DNA of 64,000 nucleotides from assembly GCA_964187785.1 (NCBI GenBank), contig OZ076409.1, positions 42,160,001 through 42,224,000 on the forward strand, in the 5' to 3' direction. The notes beneath the pieces were generated by a model. It made no database searches. It was not told the DNA's origin and was given only the letters and a program-made list of their open reading frames with translations. The position numbers were made by a program, and so were the translations under genes. This document shows positions 12,419 through 24,469 of this stretch, in pieces; the first letter of the stretch is position 1, and every line of letters starts with the position of its first letter. The stretch is from Amphiscolops sp. MND2022 (Eukaryota).

Positions 12419-15400
12419 AACAAGACGGGAACGTCCCAAGTCGGCGCCATATCTAAGGCTCAAAAATATTCAAGGAACAAAAAAAAGTATTTGGTAAAAA
12501 ACGTCGCACAATGCCGAAAAACCCAAAAGGAGGTTGATTAGGCTCATTAAACGTTTTTTACAAACTGAAAACTTCAAAAAATGCAAGGGGTACCCTTTGA
12601 TAAAATTCGAAAATTTTCGAAGTCGCATAGTGCCGAAAAAAAACCCAAAGGGGACACCCTTTGGTCTCAGCTGTAACTTTTGGAAGCATAAAAATTTATG
12701 GTTTAGTGCGAGAATCGAACCCACGCTCTCCAGCTTGGTCGAAGAAATTTGGTCGAAGTTGAACAAATGAACAAATTGTAAGAAAAGTGGACCACTCAAA
12801 GTGAGATTGTCAGCTGAAAAAGAAACAAGACGGGAACGTCTAAAGTCGGCGCTATATCTAAGGCTCAAAAAGCGCAAAAGACTTTATTTTGAAAAAAAAC
12901 TTGAAATTTTTGAATTTTTTTCTCTCAGAAAATGTCGCATAGTGCCAAAAAATGTAAAAGGGGGGACCCTTTGGGCTTTATTAACATATATTCTGTTGCA
13001 AAATATCAAAAAACTCGAAAAGGGGACTCTTTTGAGACATTGAAAAATTTTCGAAAAAAAAGTCGCACAATGCCGAAAAAAATCGAAAGGGGGACCCTTT
13101 AGTCTCGTCCGGTTTTGTAGGTTACGTTAAAATAGTAAAAAAATGAAAGGAGGACCCTTTTGCACTAATTTCCGCTGATCGGACTTGACCTTATGGTAGT
13201 AGTTTTAGTAGTTTCGATTGTAAGAAAAGTGGCCCAATCAGAGTGAGATTGTAGTCTGACGAGAAAAAAAAAGAAAAAAAACTAGCGACTGTAAGAGTCG
13301 GGCACATTTCCCTAGAAAAGCGCCGACTAAAAACAAGACGAGAACGTCTGAAGTCGGCGCTATATCTAAGGCTCAAAAAGCGCAGAACATTTTTTTTGGA
13401 AAATAGGCCCCTCCGGGGCTCAGTACTATTTCTGCTTTAATCTTTATTTTTTTAAACAAAAAAATCATTAATAAAAGAATCATATCTGGAATACCAATAC
13501 ACTCTTGTTTAATCATTATTTAGCGCACAATTACATGTAATCACTGTACAAGTTTACACCGCCTTTAATTCTTCTCGGACTAAAGAAAGTATAACTACTA
13601 AGCGTAGACGAAGTTTCGCATTCGCATTTGAATGCAGGCGAAGCTCTCAACGAACGAAAAATGAACACTCATTCGCATCATCTCAATAACTCGGGGCAAC
13701 GAAAGCACAATTACGAACATTCGCTCGCTTCATCTCAATGACGTCAGCATACGAATGGATAATTACCACTCGCTCGTTCCATCGCACTAGAATTGAATTT
13801 AAATCTCTCGCTAACACTCACTGCCGAACAAACTATCTGAATTATTCAGATCGTCCGAAAAATTGTTCTGAAAAAAAGTAGACGTTTCCAGACTTCAATA
13901 ATATTCCTGCTAAAGCAGAAATATTAAAAAAACTTTAAATTTTCGAAAATTTTTCTCTTTCGGAATATGTCGCACAGTGCCGAAAAATGTAAAAGGGGGA
14001 CCCTTTTTGATTTATAAACATGCATTCTGTTGCAAAATAACAAAAAACTCGAAAAGGGGACTCCTTTGAGACATTAAAAAATTTTCGAAAAAAGTCGCAC
14101 ATTGCTGAAAAAAATCGAAAGGGGGACTCTTCAGTCCCGTCCGGTTTTGTAGGTTACCTTGAAAAAGTAAAAAACGAAAGTCGGACACTTTGCACTAAGT
14201 TTGCCTTGGCCCCTTGGTCGGACTTGGCGCCTTAAGTGGTTTCAGGATTGTTTCTAAAAAGTGGACCGATCAGTGGGAGGATTGTAGTCTGAAGAAAAAA
14301 GGTCACTGCTATAGTCGGGCATTTTTCCTTAAAAGGATAAAGCGCCGACTAAAAACAAGGCGCGAACGTCTAAAGTCGGCACTATATCTAAGGCTCAAAA
14401 AGCGCAAAGTTTTTTTTAATATGCCCGGGACGTATTCATGAAAAGCTTTGAAAACAGTTTCGAGACACCCAAAGTGTGCCTTTCATGCTCGACATGACTG
14501 GAAAATCACTTTTTCCCGACTGGGAACAAAATTTTTTTTTAAAAAAGATTTCGTACTTTTTCTTTCGGAAAATGTCACATAGTGCCGAAAAATGAAAATG
14601 GGGGACCATTTGGGATTCATTAACATACATTCTGTTGCAAAATATCAAAAAACTCGAAGGGGGACTCTTTTAAGACATTTAAAAAATTTCGAAAAAAATT
14701 TTGCAGCGACGAAAAAAATTGAAAGGGGGGGGGGGGACCCTTTGGTCTTTTCCGCTTTTATAGCTTACGTAAAAAAGATAAAAAATGAAAGGGGCCCTTT
14801 GCACTAAGTTTGCATTGGCTGGACTTGGCGTGAGTAGTTTTATCAGTTTCTGTAAAAAGTGGTACATACACGATGAGGTCTGTGGTCTGACGAAAAAAAA
14901 ACTAGCCACTGTAGTCACTAGAAAAGCGCCGACTACAAAACTACCCACTGTAATCGTCGGGTTATTTTCCTTAAGGAAACCCATTCATTTTTAAAAAGAT
15001 ATCATTTTTTCTTTCCGAAAAAACCCAAGAGGAGACACTCTAATTTCGCAAAACGCTTTTGTACCATTTGACCAAATGAAATTTTCTCAAAAAAATCGCA
15101 ATTTAATTCGGTTCCAACGTCAAACAAGCCGGGAACGGCCAAAGTCGGCGCTATATCTAAGGCTCAAAATTGTAAAAAGGGGGACCCTTTGGGCTTTGTG
15201 AAACTCCAGTTGGTTGCAAAATATGAAAAAAAAATTAAAGGAAGGACCCTTGGGAGATTTTAAATTTCCGAAAAATTTAGAATGAGATTTTTGAACAGTG
15301 GGACAATGGGAACAGACCCTTTGGGATTTTTTGGCATCCATTGTATTGCAAAATATCGAAACAAACGAAGGGGAGACCAATGGTGGAATCCAATAAACTT

Positions 15401-16075
15401 CCAAAAAGTCGAATAGTGCCGAAAAAAAATCCGAGTGAAAAACACCAAAGGGGGGATTATCCTATGTTTTCGAGGTTCTGGACGTCGATGTTTTTGTTTT
15501 GGACGAGGTTCTGGCGTTTCGAGTATGTTTTGGACGTCCGTAGTTCAAGTTGATGATGTTGAACAAATGAACAAAAAAGTGGACCGATCGCGTTGAACTG
15601 ACGAAAAAAAACTAGCCACTGTAAGAGTCGTGCATTTTCTTCGAAAACGCCGACTAAAAATCGGATATAGCACAAAATTTTGAACCTCCGCATCCTCCTT
15701 AAAAGAACGCAATTCATTTCGGATAATGTCGAAGTTCAGATATAGCGTGCTGGGATCATGGGAGCGCTTTTTCCGAACCTCCGCTTCCTCTTTAGTAAAA
15801 TGCATAATGCCGAAAAAATTCCTTAGGCCTCCCTCTACTATTGCAAGCATAAAAAACTTGGGTTCAGTGGGAGACTCGAACTAACGTACCCTTGCGCTTC
15901 TTAGACCGCGGGAAATCGGCGTTAACAACTAGGCCAAATAATTAACTTTGCAAAATTAAAGAACTTTTGTTTGAACTATTTTGGAGATCACGTGCATCGA
16001 AAAAAAACTTACCAAAATCCATGACTATAGACGCTCTTTTCTAAAGAAAAGCGCCGACTAAAAATGAGAGAGAAG
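12419..16075 (-). mobile_element. Array of co-oriented HINE copies (12419-12823, 12824-13330, 13332-14350 with an insert, 14354-14935, 15122-15660, ~15740-16075)
   Basis: Repeated acaagacgggaacgtc..aagtcggcgctatatctaaggctc heads and gcgccgactaaaa tails; direct junctions at ~13330 and ~14352. Confidence 0.75.
15859..15936 (-). ncRNA. Degenerate tRNA-derived (Pol III A/B box) module inside a HINE; related copies at 7100-7174 (-), 12699-12730 (-) and 19160-19243 (+)
   Basis: On the - strand: tggcctagttgttaa (A-box-like) ... agttcgagtc (B-box-like) ... ctgaaccca, then a T-run. Not a canonical foldable tRNA. Confidence 0.45.
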
Positions 16076-17974
16076 GCGTTTGCACTAATTTAGATGCGTT
16101 TCCGAGGTGTTCGTTTAGTTGAACAACCTGAACAAAAAAGTGTCCATTTCAGTGGGAGTCTTCTGGATTAACGTCCCTGGAATAGTCGTGCACTTATCTT
16201 TTACGAAAAGCGTCGCCTAAAAACAAATCAATGACATTAAAGATCGTAGAAAGTTGGGATGATAAGCATTGTGTTTGTTCCTGTGAAAGAGAAATGCATC
16301 AGAGCTTTTGAAAAGTTTAAATACGGCAAGTTAGAATTGTCACGAGAGGGCACAACCTTGGAACAATAATGCAGTTCATTCTTCCAAACTTGACAAACAA
16401 AGGCATCACAGCATCCTGGAACAACTTTAGAACTCCCGGGCAGAAAACCACAAAAATTAGTAGGGAAGTGAAAAAACCGAAATTATCAGATAACAAAAGA
16501 CTCAATTAGCTGAGAAGACTGACCCAGTTGAATTTTTGCCTGCCGGTAGTTATGATGATGTATGATAAAGATACAACTAAAATTCAGTTTTCGTGTGATT
16601 ATTTTCCAAAAAACTGCGTTTTTTTCAAAAAATTCTAAGAGACGCCTGAATCAGGACATTTAAGGGTTTTTTTTTGTTATCCGGCTCTTCCCATTTGCTC
16701 AAACTACCCAGGAATTAAAGTTTTGGGGAACTGGGAATTCAAGTCCTATCAATTTTGCAAAACATTGTCGTTCCGCAGGCCCGAATACTCTGCCGTAAAC
16801 GTGAGAAGCACATACTGTAACTAGCCCGTTTTCATTCGATTAAAATGTTTTCATTTCTTTGTATGAAGTTTGCGTAACAAACTTTGATCTAAATAGTGAA
16901 AATTTCCTGTTGTGATGTCAGTTGAAGTCGAAAACTCATCGTGTTTACTTTTTTCACCAATTGATTTCACACCAAAACAAAAACGTGTAAACGTGTACTG
17001 TTTCGCTTTCAGTCAGATTAAATTGCGTCATCGAGACAGTTCTGCAAAAATTAGAACCTTGAAAAACTGTTCTGAGATTGAAAGATCTGGTTTTGAATAG
17101 TCTGATTAAAGTTTTTGTGACAAAACTGTCTGAAAATGTAATATCTAGGCGCCGCCGCTCTTTCAATAAGTTCCGACAGCAATGCTTGAAACTGATGAAA
17201 AGGTTGAGTATTTTGTTTTGAAATACAATTCATACAAATAAGATTATGAAAGGGAGCTAAAAACTTACAGAAGTCAAAACTACAGATTAAAAAATTTTAC
17301 AGATAGAATTTTACCATGAACTAAAAAAGAACAAGCCGTTAAAATTTATTCCACAAGAACACAACAAGGGCCCACGAGGAAAGGACGGTCGCTTTACCCA
17401 ACGAGGCTAGTGACCATCCTTTATAGATGAGGAGCGGAGAAACAAACGACTAAACGAAACCCGTTTCACTAAATGGACGAAACCAGCCCAGTGGGACGAG
17501 CAAACGGACACCGATGTAGTTAGTGATATCTAGCTATCTGGGAATGAAAGAGCAAGGCATTGGCTTAAAGGGATCGTTCGACTTCGTACTCACCTTCCGA
17601 CTCGTCAAGCGAAGCGTACATGCACGGAAGTTACAACAGGTTCATGCAAAGGCTGGTTGAAAAGCAGATTTGTTGATTTCGTTACCAGTCCACTCCCAGT
17701 CTCTGCTCTTTGTTGAAATAGTATTCCATCATACTAGCAGAAATTAATTTTTGCTTTAGCCGTAGAATTTTTAGTCGGCGCTTTCGTAGAACGAGCAGAC
17801 TATAGTAGCGACTTTTTTCAAGACCAACGAACTGACAGACCAACGAATAGTTCTATGAAAACTTCTTCAATTTTGGCAGACGCCTTTGACGAACTACATG
17901 TGAACTGTGAAGGAGTCCCTTTCGAGAATAACGCAACCCATACCGGATTTAACGATATAACGTTTATTGGATAA

Positions 17975-18647
17975 TTTTTAGTCAGGGCTTCATGAAGTGA
18001 AACGCGACTATTATAGTGACTCTTTTTTTCCCTATCCACACGAACTGACCAAAATAGTTCTTAAAAGTTCTACAAAATATTATGGTGGCAAATTGCATCA
18101 TTTGGCCTAGCGAACTGGACCAAAATGGTTTTACCTGTTTTTCCGCGTAACATACCATACCGGGCGAGACCAAAGAGTCCCCCCTTTCAACTTTTTTTCG
18201 GCACTGCGAGACACTTTTTTTCGAATTTTTCCCCAAAGGGTCCCCCTGCATTTTTTGATGTTTTGCGACAGAATGGATGTTGGAAAATCCCAAAAGGTCC
18301 CCCCTTTCAGTTTTTTTCGGCATTGTGAGATTTTTTCCCGAAAATAAAAGAAAATTTTTTTCTTCGATTTTTTCATGTTTTGCGACAGAATGGATGTTGA
18401 AAAACCTCAAAGGGTCCCCTCTTTCAGTTTTTCGGCATTGTGAGACTTTAGCGCGCCAGGGGCTCGCGCTAGCGGGCCCCGGCGCGCCACTCGGTCCACT
18501 TTTTTGAGTTTGTAATTTTTTCGAAATTTTTTTTCGAAAAAATTTCGATTTTCGAGTACTGTAAAAGAGAATACTTGACACTTGGAAGTCTTTTTGCTAT
18601 TTTTGAGCCTTGGATATGGCGCCAATTTGGGCCGGTCACGGCTTGTT
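17975..18647 (+). mobile_element. HINE copy, inverted relative to and highly similar to 1173-1883
   Basis: Reverse-complement match to 1173-1883, including the gcgccaggggctcgcgctagcgggccccggcgcgccac GC core; ends gccggtcacggcttgtt. Confidence 0.78.
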
Positions 18648-20159
18648 CAAGGTTAGAAAAGGGTCCGCCTTTCGATTTTTAGAATATTTAGAGTTGATAC
18701 AAAATCACTTGAAGCCAAAGGATTTTTTTCGGTATTGTGAGACCTTATTGTTTCAACCTAAGCGAATATCTTTTATTCTCAATACTTTATCAATAATTTA
18801 TAATACTTTGTTTAAGCATTTTCGGCTCTTGGAGATTTTTTCCGAAACTTTCATTAGTCAAGTACCCTCCCGCTTTCATCGCTGATTTCGGCTTGAGAAA
18901 AGGTAGTTTTGCAAGCTGAAAGTTCCTTTTTCGGCACTGAGACTTTTCAGAAACAAAATCGAAATTTCGAATTTTTTTTGTGTTTTCAGATGGAGAAAAT
19001 ATGGTTTTCGAGTCTTATGCGTATCATTCTCAACACTGAGAAATTGATAAAAGTTTAACAATAATGTCCTTTGCATGTTTGAGAACCTTGCTTTTTGAAA
19101 CTTGAGCGGGGCGCAAACGGGCTTGTTATTCTTCAGCAATATCGGTCATAACTTCAATTGACCTGGAGGTTAAAGCGGATTTCCAGGCCTGGTGACGATG
19201 TCTGAGAAGCAGGAGCACGTGGATTCAGGTACCGACTAAACCAAAAATTTTTAACGCTTGCAAAGGTACAGAAAAGGCCAAATCGTTTCGGGTATTTTTC
19301 AGCATCAAGCTACTTTAGTGAATTTTCTTTAAACCGAAGCCCCATTTAATTTTTTTAAAAAAACGAAAGTTTTTCATAAAATTTTAGGTTTTCTGAAAAT
19401 CTCATTCCGAAAAAATTTGTTGAAATTTTTTTTCAAACAAATTTCGATATCTGTTGAGGAAAAGCAATTTCCAAGTCTCAATTTCCTCTTTGGTTGAACG
19501 TGACTTCAGTGGGACTGATGACATTTTCTGTGGCCAAAAATTTCGGCACTGTGCGACTTGTCGAACCAAAAATTTTCGGAAAAAATCGGCAAAGTATGCC
19601 CAGAGCGTTTCTAGAGAAATGCCCAAAGGAAGTTTTTTATGCTCAGGAAACGCTTTTGTATATCTGTATAAACCAATATTTTTTCGAACGTTGCAGAGTG
19701 CCGAAAGGGGGCACTTTCCGCTTTTTAAACGCAATTCTAACTGAAAACACCAAATAGGGGACACTTTGGTGGAAAAAAACTTCAAGGATACGGTTGATAC
19801 TATGAAAGACTCCAAGGGAGTATCCTTTAGCCTGCTTTGGGAACCGTTTAGAACTTAGGCGTGAAGTCTGAAAAATGAACCATTCAGTGTAAGGTGTGTG
19901 GTCTTACAGAAAACTCGCTCCAGTAAGAGTCTAGAAAAAAGAGTCTAGCTTTTAGAAGAGCCGACTAAAAAACTAGAAACAAATGACAAATAACAAAGTA
20001 GCATCGAGGTATCGAAGACAAGCACATCAATTGTGATGGGCTATGCAAGGCAGTTGATATATGCTTTTCGGAAATAATTTTTTCAAAGTTAATTCTCAAA
20101 AAACTTCTCCATAGTAGTAATAAAGCCTTTAGGGGCGGAGCCCCATGCCAGGGGCATCA

Positions 20160-22320
20160 GAGCCCGAGACAGTATTGATAACCGAATTTCACTTTTTCAT
20201 CAACCGCAAATTCTCCACGTGCAACTGATATCCTCAGTATTTCTCCAGAATGAAGTTCTAGCAGCCGCCATTTAAGGCCTTTAGGTTCGTAAATGTTGAC
20301 ATGTTTGATTAGAATGTTGGCCAATAGTAGAGCTCTGTACCAAAAAACTGTTTGTCCCAGCATTTTTTATAATCATGGGTATTTTGAATGTTTTGTTGAA
20401 GGACTGCATCGAAGAGCTTTCTACCAATTGCACGCGGTCTTTCCAATTTGCTTCAAACTTCCCGTCAATGATTCCCGCAAAGAGAGTGTATGCATCTCGC
20501 TATAAAGACTGACTGGTAAAATATTTGAAAGTATTAGCCGCTTCTTATATGGGTAATGGGATGTACTAAGAATCCAACGAGTTATTGTGCTGTACTGTTT
20601 CAACTTTCTTCACATCAGCAAGATTTTCAGACCATAAAGTTGCGCTAAACGTCAGAATTGGCATGATTTATCCACAGTGAGCATGCAATATTGTATCAAC
20701 ATTCGCAGAGGCAGCGATATTTCTCTTCATACTAAAACACCTTTTCATTGCTTTCTTGAATCTGACAGCAGCTCGTTCTTTCCACGTTAAGTGGAATAAG
20801 AAGATAAATACCGAGGTCTTTCTGGACGATTACTGACTCGAAGTCATCAGTCAATGGAGTGGATGATTCACCTTTCAGCGGCAGAACAGTGCATTTTTCT
20901 CGTATTAACGACAATTTGATGAATTCGGACCACGATGACATACGGCACATGATGTCCTCCAAAATTTCCTGGCTATTTGCGAGATTTTTGATGTCGTGAG
21001 CGTACATGAAAATTGGATTCTCGATATCATTGGGGACGTTGTTCACCATGATCAGGAACATAAGAGGGCCGATTAGAGAGCCTTACGGAACGCCAGTACC
21101 CGCAGGTAGTTCATTGGAGACATAACAGTCGATGACGACATATTGCTTTCTGTTCGTTAAATAGTTCTGGATGACTCGTAATAACTTTCCATCTACTCGA
21201 TGGTGGTTTTAGTTTCCCAGAAGAACACTGTGTAGTACTGAGTCGAACGTTTTCTGTAAGTCAGACACAATACATACAGTTCTTTGTACTGAGGAGATAC
21301 GAAGTGCTCGTAGAAAGCATACAAAAATTCCAGCATTTGAGTTATCACAGACTTTCTTTTGGAAAAACCATGTTGCGTTGGCGAGATCTTACACATGTAG
21401 GTAAAGAGCACCGAAGATGATTTTCTCGAACACTTTTGAGAAGGAGCAAAAAAGACTAACAGGCCTATAACTTTCGACATCACTTCCTTGTGTATTGGTA
21501 CTATGATACTTATTTTCAAGCATGTAGGAAAATCTCCAGTGCTGACAATGGCTCAGAAAATTAAACATAGCGACTTTCCCAGTGATGACGATAAGTTTTT
21601 CAGGACAGTATTTCCGAGGCCATCACGACCTGTGGCTTTTTTTCCCGTCGAGTGCGGACAACTTATTCGAAAGTTTCTGATGTAATGTATACGGAATTGA
21701 GACTGGGTCATGGTGCTGATGAACACCATCAAAGAACTTGTTGAAGAGAGCTGCTGCTGCTTGTCGGTGGCTGATATACCATTCCAATGAACTCTTTCGT
21801 GGATGTTTTGTCCCTTCCGTATGCTTTTAATATTATATTTATGGAAATCGTTGTACCTTCTCGACGAACAAAAAACATCTTCATAGTTGAATTGGTCTAT
21901 GACAGTTTTCTCATTCAGGCTTTTCTCCAGTCAATTGCGTTTCAGAGTCTTGGAAAGTACAGGAATTCTCAGTGTCTTCCTTCTTTGAGTATTCACTTTT
22001 TATCAAGTGTGAGGTTTCTGGAGAAGTTTTAAAATTTTATTTCAGTCAAAAGGGCCGTGCGCATCGAAACCAAAAAGGTAATGGTCTACGTATGTATGGT
22101 GGTTTTATTTTCCCAGAAAAACCACCACAGGTTACAAATGGGGCTTGTCAACAAGGTGTGGAAGGTGTCGATACGCTGCAAGCTGCAAAGCCTCCTTGCA
22201 GTGTCAGTAACGGTCCCGTGAAAATAAATTTGAAAACCTCAGTTTCTGGAGAAATCCACAGCGACAAACCAGTGCGGTGGTTGTTCCTTCTGGGAGTGAA
22301 CATGCTCAAAATACTGTAAT
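20160..22320 (-). pseudogene. Degraded CR1/L2-like LINE ORF2 (endonuclease tail plus RT)
   Basis: Fragments such as GVP*GSLIGPLMFLIMVNNVP and MYAHDIK (YADD motif), and ISPTQHGFSKRKSVITQMLEFL; many stops and frameshifts. Confidence 0.85.
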
Positions 22321-22512
22321 AAAACATGTAACAAGGGGTGCGCAATATTGCATTTACATTTATTGATACGATACAATGTCATTTTATTGCTAAAACTAAC
22401 CAATAAAAAATTGTAAGACTTGTTTTAAAAATTATTGTAATTTCACAATAATAAATAAATATTGCACCCTCATAAATGACTACACATTGATGCATCCCAA
22501 TATATTTCATTG

Positions 22513-22903
22513 GGGGACGGTTCAAATCGTAGAATATTCAAAGCGTCGAAAGCAGTTTACACGCAGTAAATACTGCGCGTCATAGTGACGTGACCAAACT
22601 TTCATTGAATGAACCAATCAAATTCAGTAAAATGAATACAGCACAAACTACGAACTATTACGATAACGTAGTCAGCTATGTCCACATACTCCTAGTGCCC
22701 TAAATGCAGGAGCGAAGCGAAGCGACGTGCCATATGGCCATGCCTCAATGTTGCTACATGGCGAAGGGAGCGAAGCGACCGAGCCATACAACAAATATGC
22801 TAACCTCTTCAAATTAAAACCTGAAAATAATCGCTGCTATGGAATTCTTTCGACGCTTTGATTTTTTCGACGGTTTGGATATTCTACGATTTGAATAGTC
22901 ACC
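22513..22903. mobile_element. MULE-like MITE with 24-bp TIRs and a 9-bp TSD; carries the gcgaagcg cassette (~22683-22810)
   Basis: TIRs ggggacggttcaaatcgtagaata / revcomp ggtgactattcaaatcgtagaata; flanks atttcattg (22504-22512) and gtttcattg (22904-22912). Confidence 0.65.
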
Positions 22904-23414
22904 GTTTCATTGGTCTTCAAAAATAGAACACATTCGAGATGATAGGGCGACATTGACTTTCGCTGTGAATATACTTGGCCGAACTATTTAATCTTTCGTT
23001 GTACATTAATTTTACAGTATATATTACATAAGAAATACATGTAAAACGACCGTAATGTCCCATTTGTCTCATTTATCACATGATGTAATAAATTATTTTA
23101 TTATTTTCTGCCATTAAATTATTCATAGTGAAAAGCCTTCCAATAAATTATTTTTTGCAATAATTTATTGATCTTCCAATAGATTATTGCATGCACACCC
23201 CTGCATGTAACTGTCGGAAGTCACATAGGAAAGACACAGTGGCCAAATTTTAATTTTTTAAAATCCAGCACACGCCAAAAAAATTATTCTAGCTCACACA
23301 CCTGACACCTAATACCCCTTGTAGTGAGTCTAACTCGAAACATGACAGCGTCAAAGGCCATAGCGAAATAAGTGGGTTAATGGAAACTATTGTAATGTCA
23401 ATAATTTAACTTAC

Positions 23415-23771
23415 TTCAACTGTCTCTGGAATAATAGCTGTGTTTTGATTTGAATCTCCGTCTTCATTAGGCTGAGGGGCATCTGGAGAAGACGGGTCGC
23501 TCATTTCATCATCAGAATTACCAGCATTTACATTTTTTGCGCTTTCTTGATCACTGTCACTGTCATCTTCTTGACCCGACTCGGAAGGGCTTTGGGGGTT
23601 GTCGGCCGTTTGCGTCGGCACGATGTTGAGGGTTTCGTTAAGATCATCCGAAGGGTCACATTGAGTTGGTGATATTTCGAGTGTTTCATTCAAACGTTCA
23701 ACTGCTTCCTCTTCGCTCTCGGAGTCTGATGACTGTTCGGCACTTTCACTGTCGCTGCCATTGTGAGACAT
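23415..23771 (-). CDS. IWS1: Probable first coding exon of IWS1 (acidic, SDSE-rich, 119 codons)
   Basis: MSHNGSDSESAEQSSDSESEEE resembles the (H)xSDSESEE repeats of the metazoan IWS1 N-terminus. The exon ends at a consensus phase-0 donor GAA|GTAAGT (23415/23414) that matches the phase-0 acceptor at 4608. A further acceptor (ttttgtag, 23783) lies just upstream of the ATG. Confidence 0.72.
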
Positions 23772-24469
23772 TACAAAAAAGTCTACAAAACCAAAACAGA
23801 CATGTAATTTACCCAGAGAAGGTTTCTTAAACCCCTTTCAGATCATAGAGATAGGCATCAGTCTGGTGACCTGTAGGTCATCGCTGATTAGAGGGGAGAG
23901 TGGCACATAACCGCGGTCAGCAAACGACGTTTTTAACCAATATAGAATTGATAAGCCCGTTAACAAGCTCGAATCTCTTTTTGAAACGTCAAAAAGAAAA
24001 ACGGTAAAGGAATTTTTTAGAAAATATTCGAGGCTCACGTTCGATTCGTAAGACTAACGACCCAGTGGAGTCATAGATTAGTACAGTAGTTGAAGAGGGT
24101 AATAACCGGTCATGAATAATAATGATCAAACTGATTTTTTTTCTGGCAGAGGACTGTAGAATTGAGGGTTGTTTTGTAAGATTGTGCTCAAAAATCTTAG
24201 TGAAGACAAAGTATTAGACTAATGTTGCCGAAAGAATGATGGGGTTAGTAATCATTGCTATTCTGCGCCATCGAAAAACAGTTACATAAACACAAAGCCA
24301 ATGCCAGCTCATATTACTAGTTTGTACTAATACATTTTTCTAATTGATATCTAATTCAATGTCAATGCGACTCGTATATTCATAAGTTAATTGTTCTTTA
24401 TAATTGTCTATTTATTAAATTTGATATATTTTAATATATGTTATTTAAAATTTAGACGATGTATATATT

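Noticed and set aside
22692-22695. CTAG as a canonical Helitron 3' end of the gcgaagcg cassette
   Set aside because: Similarity between copies continues past the CTAG (cacatac), and the flank is not the expected T.
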